Source: an uncultured Poribacteria bacterium
GTDB lineage: Bacteria > Poribacteria > WGA-4E > WGA-3G
Assembly (NCBI GenBank): GCA_958296135.2
Contig: CATQHZ020000001.1
Span: 1,344,001 to 1,408,000, forward strand
Direction of reading: 5' to 3'
DNA: 64,000 nucleotides
Shown: in pieces, positions 37,001-46,189 of the stretch
Layout: each line of letters starts with the position of its first letter
How positions within the stretch are numbered: position 1 is the stretch's first letter
Made by a program: the position numbers and the translations under genes
Notes under the pieces: model-generated
Told to the model about the DNA's origin: nothing
The model's database searches: none
What the model saw: only the letters and a program-made list of their open reading frames with translations

Positions 37001-38620
37001 CTACCGTTCACCGAAATGCTTCGCGACCTTCACCAAGTCGCGGATATCGACAGTGCCGTCTTGATTCACGTCTTCGGGGATGGAGGCGCCGCCGGCTTCT
37101 CCAAATTTGTTGGAAACCTTCACCAAGTCGCGAATATCGACAACGCCATCGTTGTTCACATCTTCGGGTAGCGTTTGTGGGACAGGGACATGTTCCTGCG
37201 TTCCCGGTGTAGCCCTTTGCCAACCTGCCTTGAGTCTTTCGCTGAGATGCGCGACGAGTTCAGCGTTTTCTGGAAGCGGCGCGATGTTCCGAGTTTCGTG
37301 CGGATCGGTTTGATAATCGTAGAGTTCTTTACCTCTGCGTCCGTTGTTGCCCCATTCGGTGTAGCGGTATTGGGCTGTGCGGATGGAATGTCCGCTCCCG
37401 AATTGGCTAAAGGCGGCGGTTTTCCATGGCTGCATCGGATTTTCAAGCACAGGTTGCAAACTGATTCCCTCGCTTCCAAGCGGGGCTGGCAATTCACATA
37501 CATCAGATAACGTAGGGAAGATGTCGACGAGTTCTACAAGCGCGTCTGTTTCTGCACGGGCGGAGCCCGGGACACTCACAATCAAAGGGCACCGGAGGGA
37601 ACTTTCAAAAAGCGTTTGCTTTCCCCACATCCCTTGTTCTCCTAAATGATGCCCGTGGTCGCTGCAGAAGACGATGACGGTATTTTCCGTCAGTCCGAGT
37701 GCGTCTAGCTGCGTGAGGACGCGCCCAATCTGTGCATCCATGTAACTCGTCGCGGCTGCGTATGCGCGAATTAACGCCAGTGTCTGTTCATCTGAGAGAG
37801 GTGCCTTTCCCGAAGGCAGATCTGCGTAGTCTCGGATTGAGCTCCGAATTGCCAGTGCGCTGCTAGGGGCATCCTTAGGTGGAAGCGGAGAAGCAGGCAA
37901 ACTGAAATTCGCTGTGTCGTATAACTCAAAGTATTTCCTAGGTGCCTTGAGAGGGAAATGCGGTTTATAGAATCCGACTGCGAGAAAGAAGGGCTGGTTT
38001 TTCAGCGATGCCAGAACTTTGACTGCGCCTTTTGCGGTTTTCCCATCTCTGAGTGCGTCGTCAGGAACGTCTAGTGCCTGCCAAGAGGGTGTCGTTTGGA
38101 TGTCAAACGGTATCCAGAGTGGCCGCCAGGATGGCAGGCTCCACGAGTTGGCATCATCTTGTAGTTTAGGGAGATGCGCAATTCTACCGACAGATTGCGT
38201 GTGATATCCATTCGCTTTGAAATGCTGCGGGAGCGTGACCGAATCTGGCACTTTTGCGCGAAAATCGGCTGTGTTGTTCTTCACCCGCGTCGTCTCCGGG
38301 CGCAATCCTGTCAAAAAAGAGGTTCGCGAGGGACTGCAGAGCGGATACTGGCAATAGGCGCGATTGAATAGCGTCCCGCGCGCGGCGAGCCTATCAATGT
38401 TCGGCGTGTGCATCTCGGGGTGCCCATAGCAGCCGAGCATTGGCCGCAAATCATCAGCGATGATGAACAGGACGTTATATCGCCCGGCTGCCCTCGCATG
38501 CAGGCGCGGTAACAGCCCTGTCGTGAAGACAGCGGCACCGGCTCTCAGTCCGGTTGAGAGGAATTCGCGCCGAGTCAACGGGTTTTTTGTTTTGGTGAGT
38601 CGGATTCGGTTTTTATCCAT
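37001..38620 (-). CDS. Tat-exported S1 sulfatase (iduronate-2-sulfatase-like) with dockerin-like repeats
   Basis: 'TRREFL', 'NVLFIIADDLRP', 'CSPSR', two 'DVN.DG.VDIRD' repeats; paralog of the adjacent gene. Confidence 0.9.
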   Translation of the reverse strand: MDKNRIRLTKTKNPLTRREFLSTGLRAGAAVFTTGLLPRLHARAAGRYNVLFIIADDLRPMLGCYGHPEMHTPNIDRLAARGTLFNRAYCQYPLCSPSRTSFLTGLRPETTRVKNNTADFRAKVPDSVTLPQHFKANGYHTQSVGRIAHLPKLQDDANSWSLPSWRPLWIPFDIQTTPSWQALDVPDDALRDGKTAKGAVKVLASLKNQPFFLAVGFYKPHFPLKAPRKYFELYDTANFSLPASPLPPKDAPSSALAIRSSIRDYADLPSGKAPLSDEQTLALIRAYAAATSYMDAQIGRVLTQLDALGLTENTVIVFCSDHGHHLGEQGMWGKQTLFESSLRCPLIVSVPGSARAETDALVELVDIFPTLSDVCELPAPLGSEGISLQPVLENPMQPWKTAAFSQFGSGHSIRTAQYRYTEWGNNGRRGKELYDYQTDPHETRNIAPLPENAELVAHLSERLKAGWQRATPGTQEHVPVPQTLPEDVNNDGVVDIRDLVKVSNKFGEAGGASIPEDVNQDGTVDIRDLVKVAKHFGER

Positions 38621-38656
38621 TGAGTAAATAGTTTTTTCGTGCCGCGGCCGTCGCCT

Positions 38657-39100
38657 TCATCTCTGCTCCGTGATGACTTTCGGTCTGAGACTTTCAATCT
38701 CAGCACGCAACTCAACATTCTCTTCGCGCTGCGTCTGCAACTCTTGGCGAGTGACGCGCTGCTCATCCCACGCTTTTTTGAGCACCATCCCCAAGACTGT
38801 CACGACTACCCCGAGCACCGTCACACACACACACGACACCGAGATAACCACGACGACGAGTGTCTTCATCCACCCTGTCAACTCGGTGAACTGTCCGTTC
38901 ATCGCGCGGATTTCCGCCGCCGTTGCTGTTTCCACCGCTGCCACTTTGACATCCACGTAGTCCTTGAGTGCCCCGGTCTGTTGTTCGTTTGCCGTGGTGA
39001 CAATCCTGGTAATCTGTTCATACTCGGCCACGGTGAGTTCGCCGAGTGCCGCCGGCGATACTACCAGCAGGATACCTATCAGAAACATTAGACTTCTCAT
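38657..39100 (-). CDS. Hypothetical membrane protein
   Basis: AAGGAG SD, signal peptide, one TM helix, coiled-coil tail. Confidence 0.7.
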   Translation of the reverse strand: MRSLMFLIGILLVVSPAALGELTVAEYEQITRIVTTANEQQTGALKDYVDVKVAAVETATAAEIRAMNGQFTELTGWMKTLVVVVISVSCVCVTVLGVVVTVLGMVLKKAWDEQRVTRQELQTQREENVELRAEIESLRPKVITEQR

Positions 39101-39348
39101 GGGGAGACTCCTTTCCCATGATGGGCAGCGGTTTCCATATCCACCGGTTCCACAGCGGGTGCCGTGAACAGGATACCGCGCCCATTCACTTGTTCACTTT
39201 CACGTTCCGGTCAGGCATGCTCTTTTTCAGAAGAATGTGTTAAAATAGAAATTCCCTCATCAAGCCAACACAGCGTCGAATAGTGAGGGTTCCAGGGTGG
39301 TGTTGCTGCACCACCATCTTGTCTTTTTTCTGAGTCGGCGAAGACATC

Positions 39349-40356
39349 CTAGCGATGGTATCCCAATTTCGCCAGAGTGTCATGGAAAATCGGCGCGAGT
39401 TTGGGATGCGCATCAAACGGTTCGCGCGGCGGCACTGGATGTAACGTCTCGCGCGCATAATCGAGAAACCGCGCATCCGCCGGCAGTTCACAGAAGTCAC
39501 ACAGTCGCGCAAGCGTTTCGCTGGGGCGCGATGTCAACTCCTCAAAATGCACGATGTGGACAGCATCGGGCGAGGACTCCATTACCCTGAGCCCCTCTCG
39601 CATTGTGACTATCCATTCTACCATAGCTCTGTCCAAATGTCGATCAAAATGTTTCATCTCGGCTGCGCATTCGGTGAAAAGCGGTTCTGGCTCAACGAGT
39701 TGTTCGACTAAGAGGTGCCACTTCCGGTCTTCCACACCCCACCAGTCATGCGCTTCGCCGTTGACGCGAACGCCCAACCGTTCCGACCAGGTTGCGATGG
39801 AGTGGCACGTATCCCAGCCGTTTCGCACGAGAAAGATAAACCGCGCGTCCGGAAAAAGGGCGCGCACGAAATCTACCCGAAAGATGAGTTCGGGATACTT
39901 GTCAACGACGCGCTGTGAGAACGTGCTTGCCAAGTATGCACCGAACAGCCGATGCGCGCGCTGTTTCATCTCATCTGTCGCATCCTTTGCCGTGAGACGA
40001 TACTTCGCCTCGGCACAGCTGTAGTTGCCGATGACATCTTCCTGCGGATGGATGAGGTGCCACATCGCCTTCGGTTCGTTCAGATACCCGACGTGCCGGT
40101 GCATCGAGAGCACGATGCCTAAAATCGTTGAGCCGCTCCGCCCGGTGCCTAAAATGAAAATCGGTTTTTCAACGGCGCGCTTCCAAAGCGCGCCTACCGG
40201 GGTGGTTACCGTTTTCAACAGCGAGAAGACGAGCGGGTTTATCCAACGTCCCTTTGTGGTGACAGGTCTGCCTTCAAAGAGCGCGTAACTCATCAGACGT
40301 GTCAGCACCTTTGTCGGGCGCGTTTTGATGTAAAGTGCATCCAGTTGTGCAATCAT
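39349..40356 (-). CDS. PAPS-dependent sulfotransferase
   Basis: Likely start ATG 40356; 5'-PSB 'ILGTGRSGST'; 3'-PB 'LVRNGWDTCHS'. Confidence 0.87.
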   Translation of the reverse strand: MIAQLDALYIKTRPTKVLTRLMSYALFEGRPVTTKGRWINPLVFSLLKTVTTPVGALWKRAVEKPIFILGTGRSGSTILGIVLSMHRHVGYLNEPKAMWHLIHPQEDVIGNYSCAEAKYRLTAKDATDEMKQRAHRLFGAYLASTFSQRVVDKYPELIFRVDFVRALFPDARFIFLVRNGWDTCHSIATWSERLGVRVNGEAHDWWGVEDRKWHLLVEQLVEPEPLFTECAAEMKHFDRHLDRAMVEWIVTMREGLRVMESSPDAVHIVHFEELTSRPSETLARLCDFCELPADARFLDYARETLHPVPPREPFDAHPKLAPIFHDTLAKLGYHR

Positions 40357-40357
40357 A

Positions 40358-40461
40358 TTTTTTGTAGTGTCGCCAAGCGTTCGTTTTTTGTAGTGTCGCC
40401 AAGCGTTCGTTTTTTGTAGTGTCGCCAAGCGTTCGTTTTTTGTAGTGTCGCCAAGCGTTCG
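40358..40461. repeat. 4 x 26-bp perfect tandem repeat
   Basis: Unit TTTTTTGTAGTGTCGCCAAGCGTTCG at 40358, 40384, 40410, 40436. Confidence 0.95.
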
Positions 40462-40557
40462 TTCAGTTTTCTCTTGGCAGGGTAATTGTCTCTCCGTATC
40501 TGCTTACGCGGGGTGTGCTTTCGCTAAGTTTTGCCCGATTGCGCCACGACGAAAATT

Positions 40558-41628
40558 TCAGAGTCGCCTTTTGAGGGTTTCACGGATGTTCTTCATCCTG
40601 TCTAGGTTACAGAGAAGTGCCATCGTTAATTTCATTGGAAACGAGAGGATATCAATCGCCAGTCTCACCGGATTTGGCCGGCGTGAGACGAGGGGATAGT
40701 TGTGTTTTTTCATTAACGGCGCGTTGAGTGCTTCGCACAGATAAATTTCTGCAGAACTTAGCTCGGGCTCGCCTGAGCCCGAACCCTTCTCCCAACTGTT
40801 TGCGCGCGCGGCATTGATGCCGAGCTGCGCCGGTTTATCCGCACCCGAAGAAGAACCGACTTGCGGCACCTGGAGCAAGGCTTCAGAATAAGCGATGCGG
40901 ACGAAATCACATATCTGCCGAACCGTCGCTTCGGGCTGCGCGAGGAGTTCCTCGAAATAAACGGACATCACCCTATCACTATCGGCAAACTTATCGGCGG
41001 CATTGATGGCGGTGTGCCAGATGCGGCTTATCGTGATCGGATGATAGTTAATCCAATCGCGGAGTGTCTCTTTGAGCGGCATATCGGTGCCTCCCAAAAA
41101 TCTGCGCTTCCACTTCCGTTTTTGCGATAAGAGGACATCGCGCGGGTCGCGAATCATGTTGATAACCTTCGCTTGTGGATAGTGCCGCAGGATATCCTCA
41201 AGGTAAAACACGTTGCGGGGTGTCTGATCGCACGGAATCGATTTTCCCTTCTGCGCTGTTTCACGGCAGAGAAAGGCTGAGAAAAGTGCAACCGGGGTCG
41301 CTGGATATTCAGACAACGCGCCTAGGAATGTTCGCGCCTCTTCTCGGAAACGCCGCGGGTTTCCGTGCGTGCGATATCCCTCGCGCTGGATGCAGAGCAG
41401 CTTCGCGGCGAGTTCGACTGCTTCCGGTTCATTCAATGATTCAGAGATACCCTTTTTTCGGGACCGGGAGGTTCCTCCTACTGCTTGCGATGCCCGCGAG
41501 GGAGAATATAACTGTCCGAAGAAGTGCAGCTCTCCGAACGTATGAACGTCTGGGTGGTTGCCAAGGATGCGTCCCATCATCGTTGTGCCGCTTCGGCTAT
41601 TGCCGACGACAAATAGTATCTTATCCAA
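40558..41628 (-). CDS. PAPS-dependent sulfotransferase
   Basis: 'VVGNSRSGTT', 'HP', 'MIRDPRDVLLS'. Confidence 0.88.
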   Translation of the reverse strand: MDKILFVVGNSRSGTTMMGRILGNHPDVHTFGELHFFGQLYSPSRASQAVGGTSRSRKKGISESLNEPEAVELAAKLLCIQREGYRTHGNPRRFREEARTFLGALSEYPATPVALFSAFLCRETAQKGKSIPCDQTPRNVFYLEDILRHYPQAKVINMIRDPRDVLLSQKRKWKRRFLGGTDMPLKETLRDWINYHPITISRIWHTAINAADKFADSDRVMSVYFEELLAQPEATVRQICDFVRIAYSEALLQVPQVGSSSGADKPAQLGINAARANSWEKGSGSGEPELSSAEIYLCEALNAPLMKKHNYPLVSRRPNPVRLAIDILSFPMKLTMALLCNLDRMKNIRETLKRRL

Positions 41629-41726
41629 ATTCTTCCCTTGTTTTGGGGCGTTGACTGTTTTTCGGTTCGGTTCGGTTGCGAGCGTGCGAGTGCCTGTCCC
41701 TCGCGCTACGTTTCTCGTGGCGTTTT

Positions 41727-43421
41727 TTATCTCTCCACCTTAAGGATGCCGAAACTGTTTTTTGGAATGAGGAGTTTGTCAGCGTTCCCGTGCCATTCCT
41801 GAATGCGCACTTCAATTGCGCCGGAGCCTTCCATCTCCGCGTTTCCGCCGTTTGAGGCTGCCAAGTTCTCGTTGGCCACATAACGATACGTTACTTCTCC
41901 CTTGAGGCGTTTTCCATCGATGACAAACTGAGGCGTGTGTGCTTCACCCGTTCGATTGCTGATGAGAACGAACAGGCGTTCGGCATCGCCGATGGCATGC
42001 GCCTGCATCCCATCTATCTGTTTACCGCTGTATTCCAGTTGTCCCTCAAGGGTTGGCGGATTGTGCAGCGTCAACGTGAAGTGCGTGTTTGCTTGCGCGA
42101 ACGCCTCGCCGATGAGTTGAAAGATCGGATAGACAGCGCGCTGTATCGCCTTCCCGTTAAAATTCGCAGGCGCGGCGGAAGGTTCGCCGCCGTATTTCCA
42201 AAAGGTGCCGGGTGTCGGCGGCGTAATCGGCGAGAACGCGGGGAAACCTTTGCCGGGCCCCGCGATGACATGGAAGTTCGCCTGCGTTACTGTTGGCATG
42301 CTCAACATTTTTAAAAAGAAATCGCCGATATACATTGCGTGAAGTTGCGTATTCGCGACGCGGTTGCCAGGGTTCGCGATGTTCCATTCCGTTATCCACA
42401 TTTCCTTTCGCGATGGGGAGGTCGCGCCTACAGTTGCTGCATGAGATGTTGCGTCTACGGGATTGAATAACTTCTCGTAGTAATCGAGTGCCTCGTCAAC
42501 AGCGAAGTGGAGCCACCCGAAAAGGTAGCCGCGCATCGTTTCGATGGGTTCATCCCGTACTGCCTTGTAGGCGTAGACGTGAACGGTAAAGGCATCGTAA
42601 AAGGAGGTATCCGCTGCCAGGCCTTCATCCCACTTGCGTTGATAGGTTTTTAGGAGCCATCCCTCTTTGTGGAAAGCGACCGGGGTGGCACACACCGAGA
42701 GTTTTATGTTGGGATTTACCGCTTTCATCGCGGCGGCGTGTTCCTTCGCGCGGGCGATGTAGGTTTCCACCGTCGGATATTTGTTGACGTAGTGCGGCAG
42801 ATAATACTCATTACCGAGCTCCCAGTGCACAATCTCGTAGCCCTTCGTTTTCGCGTACTGCACCCATTCGGCACTCTCCTCCGGGCTCCCTGTCCAAAGA
42901 TTGACGACGACGATAGGAGTTATGTTTAGTTTGCTGCACAGCTGCATAAACTCGTCAAAGTCGATTTTGCCGTTCCTTCGCCTTTGAAGTTTAACGTAAT
43001 TTCCCCTATTTCGTTTATTAAGTTTTGCATTGAGTGTCGTCATCATTTCGCTTTTGACGAACCCGGCGGTTTTCCAATGATAGAAATTGCCGACGGTGCC
43101 GCCAGGGAAGCGCAGTGTTTTCGGGCGCAGTGCCTTGGTGAGCGCGACGAAATCCAGATCGAGGTACCCGTAATCTCCGCTCATCATGTTGGTGTTGAAA
43201 CCGTAGAGTTCGTGACAGAGTTGTTGTGTTTGGCGCGTGTCAATTTCTAAACGCGGCGCATGGGGGCTGGTTGCTTGCTTGTGGCATCCGAAATGGATGC
43301 ACAGGAGCAGTAGCCCTGCGACAAAGCAGACTCCGGCATCCGTAGGGCGGGGGCCTGTCCCGCGCCGTGCCAGGAGATAATTCTTAGTAACCTTCGCAAT
43401 TTTGTGAGTTAAAGTGTGCAT
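41727..43421 (-). CDS. Clan GH-A glycoside hydrolase (GH51/GH79-like), probable lipoprotein
   Basis: 'LRFPGG', acid/base 'WELGNE', nucleophile 'WITEW'; hydrophobic signal ending 'HFGC'. Confidence 0.75.
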   Translation of the reverse strand: MHTLTHKIAKVTKNYLLARRGTGPRPTDAGVCFVAGLLLLCIHFGCHKQATSPHAPRLEIDTRQTQQLCHELYGFNTNMMSGDYGYLDLDFVALTKALRPKTLRFPGGTVGNFYHWKTAGFVKSEMMTTLNAKLNKRNRGNYVKLQRRRNGKIDFDEFMQLCSKLNITPIVVVNLWTGSPEESAEWVQYAKTKGYEIVHWELGNEYYLPHYVNKYPTVETYIARAKEHAAAMKAVNPNIKLSVCATPVAFHKEGWLLKTYQRKWDEGLAADTSFYDAFTVHVYAYKAVRDEPIETMRGYLFGWLHFAVDEALDYYEKLFNPVDATSHAATVGATSPSRKEMWITEWNIANPGNRVANTQLHAMYIGDFFLKMLSMPTVTQANFHVIAGPGKGFPAFSPITPPTPGTFWKYGGEPSAAPANFNGKAIQRAVYPIFQLIGEAFAQANTHFTLTLHNPPTLEGQLEYSGKQIDGMQAHAIGDAERLFVLISNRTGEAHTPQFVIDGKRLKGEVTYRYVANENLAASNGGNAEMEGSGAIEVRIQEWHGNADKLLIPKNSFGILKVER

Positions 43422-43563
43422 AAAGTTAGCCTCTGTCTATTTCCGGATTAGCATTTTCCGCGTGAAGGCTTGTAAGGATGGATTTCCTTTTTTAGGCAAC
43501 GGGCAGAGATGCAGCCGCCCTTGTGGTTTGCATTGCAGGGATAAGGGGTTCGCATTGATTTTA

Positions 43564-43593
43564 ATTATACCACAAAAGTGCATCCGTTGTCAA
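43564..43593 (-). promoter_or_regulatory. Internal consensus sigma70 promoter
   Basis: TTGACA-18bp-TATAAT with TGTGG extension. Confidence 0.7.
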
Positions 43594-43604
43594 TTTTTTT
43601 CAAT

Positions 43605-45002
43605 TCATAACCGAATCCGCAGCCCTCGATAAGTTTCGCACGCCGAATCACTCGCGAACATGAGCCCCGCGCACAGCCAAAAATAGAACCCATACCCCCG
43701 AAATTCAAGCGTCCGGTTAAAGAAAAGCAGGAACACAGTGACGACGACAAGGCATAACATCACCATTGCAATTTCCTTCGTGTAACGTCCCACGGGCCGT
43801 AGGGCGAGGGCCTGTCCCTCGCCGGGCAGCGACGTGCCCGACGCGCGTTTGTAGAGCCGCAACGCCGCCATGAAGAGTTTGTAAAATATCAGCGCGAATA
43901 GAACGAGGCCCAAAGCACCGTAGAAACAGAAGATTGCCACCCAGTAGACATCTTTGAAGCCGTTTTTGCTTAGCACTTTCAGCAGGAACGAACGTTGGCT
44001 CATGTTGAGTCGTTCAATCGTCGTATTCTGGTCTGCGCCGTATCCCAAAACCGGTCGGTTTGCCAGAACGGTGGGGACATTCCCGATGAGCGCGCCGAGC
44101 CGCTGTTTCTGTGCAACGCGCACATAGTCGCCGGAGAAAACACCGGTGATATTGCCTGCGAGCCCCACCCTGGCCTTGCGCGGATTGACGTATTCCAAGT
44201 TAAATGGATTTACTATTGCTAGCAGAATGCTGAAACTTATCACTACAGTGAGAGAGAGACGGAGCGTTTTTTTCCAGCCGTACTGGAAGTAATACCATGC
44301 GACGCACGCCAGAATTGCGGAAAAGGTGGCGGCGCGCGAATAAGAACGCGCGATAAAGAGAAACAGCACTCCCACGCCGAGCAGGTTCAGATACTCCAAC
44401 CGCCTAACACGCGAGAGGTAGACGATGAGCACGATAATCATGAACACGCCGTAAATCACCGTGTCGCCGAGGGTGCCGTAGATGCTGCCGATTTCCCTGC
44501 CGAGCTCTAGCAACCGATATTCTTTTGTAAACCCGCCGACTTCAAGCGTTGATTCGCGCGGCAGGAAGAAGTCAAACGCCGCGGGACCGCCTAGCCACTG
44601 GATCAAACCTGCTGTGAGTTGGAAGGTGCCGACACCCAGAATTATCCGCAAGAGCGTTGCAATCCGTCTCACAGACAGCGGTGAATTCGCGATGAGGTAG
44701 AAGAGCACGATGTAGCGCGCAAACGGCCGAATGTTATAGAGGCTTCCGATGAGCGGCGAACGGTTTATCAGCATTGAGAGCAGCACAACGCTATAGAAAC
44801 CGACGATTGGCAAGTCTAGCGGCGTTTTGACGAACGGGATGCCGCGGTAGAGTTTATGGATGACCATTCGCCCGAATGCCGCGTAGATAAGCATCTCGCC
44901 GAAAAACCTTAGATAGGAGTAGACAGCATCGCTGACCGGCAGGAGTTTCAGCACGAACTCTTCAAAAGCGACGTATCCGGTGAGAAAATATATGGTGCCC
45001 AT
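43605..45002 (-). CDS. O-antigen ligase/polymerase (Wzy_C-like) membrane protein
   Basis: About 11 TM helices, 'SYSRAA', periplasmic loop 'PVLGYG'; cluster context. Confidence 0.72.
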   Translation of the reverse strand: MGTIYFLTGYVAFEEFVLKLLPVSDAVYSYLRFFGEMLIYAAFGRMVIHKLYRGIPFVKTPLDLPIVGFYSVVLLSMLINRSPLIGSLYNIRPFARYIVLFYLIANSPLSVRRIATLLRIILGVGTFQLTAGLIQWLGGPAAFDFFLPRESTLEVGGFTKEYRLLELGREIGSIYGTLGDTVIYGVFMIIVLIVYLSRVRRLEYLNLLGVGVLFLFIARSYSRAATFSAILACVAWYYFQYGWKKTLRLSLTVVISFSILLAIVNPFNLEYVNPRKARVGLAGNITGVFSGDYVRVAQKQRLGALIGNVPTVLANRPVLGYGADQNTTIERLNMSQRSFLLKVLSKNGFKDVYWVAIFCFYGALGLVLFALIFYKLFMAALRLYKRASGTSLPGEGQALALRPVGRYTKEIAMVMLCLVVVTVFLLFFNRTLEFRGYGFYFWLCAGLMFASDSACETYRGLRIRL

Positions 45003-45042
45003 TTGATAAATACCTGTAGGAGAGCCCTCCCGGGCTGGATAC

Positions 45043-45187
45043 CAATGAAGAATCGGGACCAGGAGGTCCTCCTATCTGCCAGCCCAGAGTTCGCGGTTTA
45101 ACAATACCGCGAGTCAATGAAGAATCGGGACCAGGAGGTCCCTCCTACCTGCTAGCCCAGAGTTCGCGGTTTAACAATGCCGCGAGT
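45043..45187. repeat. ~72-bp tandem duplication containing a family-D REP and the 3' end of the sulfotransferase gene
   Basis: CAATGAAGAATCGGGACCAGGAGGTCC...CCGCGAGT at 45043 and 45115. Confidence 0.85.
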
Positions 45188-46101
45188 TGTTGATTAAAGG
45201 GCTCAAAATACGCCGCCAATTCTTCCTGCGTCTGTGGCGCGATAGGCGGCGGTGTGAAGGATTTTTCGTTCCAATTCATCACTGCTTTTCGCAATTTGTA
45301 GGCGGTGGTATCCGGCACCAATTTGCGAATAGCGCGCCGTAACGGATTGTGCGATGCCATAAATTGCGTGAACAAGGAGCCGAACTTTTCGGAACGCGGC
45401 ATCGTGGTGCCCGTATTATGCCGTTGTCCGATAACCGGCGCGAAATCGGCGTTGACTCCGATGTTGCGAAAAATCCCTTGGCATACCGTTTGCGCATTGT
45501 CCTTCAACGCCTCAGTCAAGACGATGTGAACCCGTTCGTTTCCAAACTGCTTTAGCACATTCTTGACGTGCGGGTAGTAGATGCTGTTGTGGCGATAGGC
45601 GCACTGTCGCCATTTGAACCAGCCTTCTTTGAGCCGTGGTTCTTCGGCGGCGAGTGCTTCCTCAAAGGTTTTGAGGGTTTCCCAGCCTCTGCGCCGTGCC
45701 CACCAATATGCCGAATATGCGCGCGCCACCGGCTCCCGCAGCAGGATGACGAGGTGTATCTCTGGGTTATGTTCATAAATCCGTTGCATGATTTCCGGCG
45801 AGTGCATCACCATCACATTTTTGGCCATTAACCGGTACTGCGAGTGCCTGTCCCTCGCGCTGCGTTCGTGAGGGAGCTGCTCTGGTAGCGCGCTGGCGAA
45901 ATATTTATCAAACGCCCACTCATAACCGCGCGTGTATTCCCTGTCTTGGAGGAAGAACGTCATTTCCGGCTGTGCGTGCGTTGCGATGTCGGGATGCTGC
46001 GCCAAATAGCGGAGTAGCGAAGACGTGCCGGCTTTCTGCACACCGACAATCATGAGTTGAATTTTTGTAGTTCCTAGCCGTTGTTTGAGGTTGTCTTTCA
46101 A
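45145..46101 (-). CDS. Sulfotransferase with heparan-sulfate-sulfotransferase-like PAPS motifs
   Basis: 'IVGVQKAGTSSL..YL.QHP', 'LLREPVARAYS'. Confidence 0.88.
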   Translation of the reverse strand: MKDNLKQRLGTTKIQLMIVGVQKAGTSSLLRYLAQHPDIATHAQPEMTFFLQDREYTRGYEWAFDKYFASALPEQLPHERSARDRHSQYRLMAKNVMVMHSPEIMQRIYEHNPEIHLVILLREPVARAYSAYWWARRRGWETLKTFEEALAAEEPRLKEGWFKWRQCAYRHNSIYYPHVKNVLKQFGNERVHIVLTEALKDNAQTVCQGIFRNIGVNADFAPVIGQRHNTGTTMPRSEKFGSLFTQFMASHNPLRRAIRKLVPDTTAYKLRKAVMNWNEKSFTPPPIAPQTQEELAAYFEPFNQQLAALLNRELWASR

Positions 46102-46189
46102 AGTAATTCTCCTTATCAGAAGGCACGCGAGGGACAGGCCCTCGCGCTACGGTGCTGCAGAACGCAGGCCGTCTTGACGTTGTCAAGCC

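Noticed and set aside
40358-40461. Possible CRISPR array
   Set aside because: The units are directly adjacent with no unique spacers, and there are no cas genes; it is a tandem repeat.
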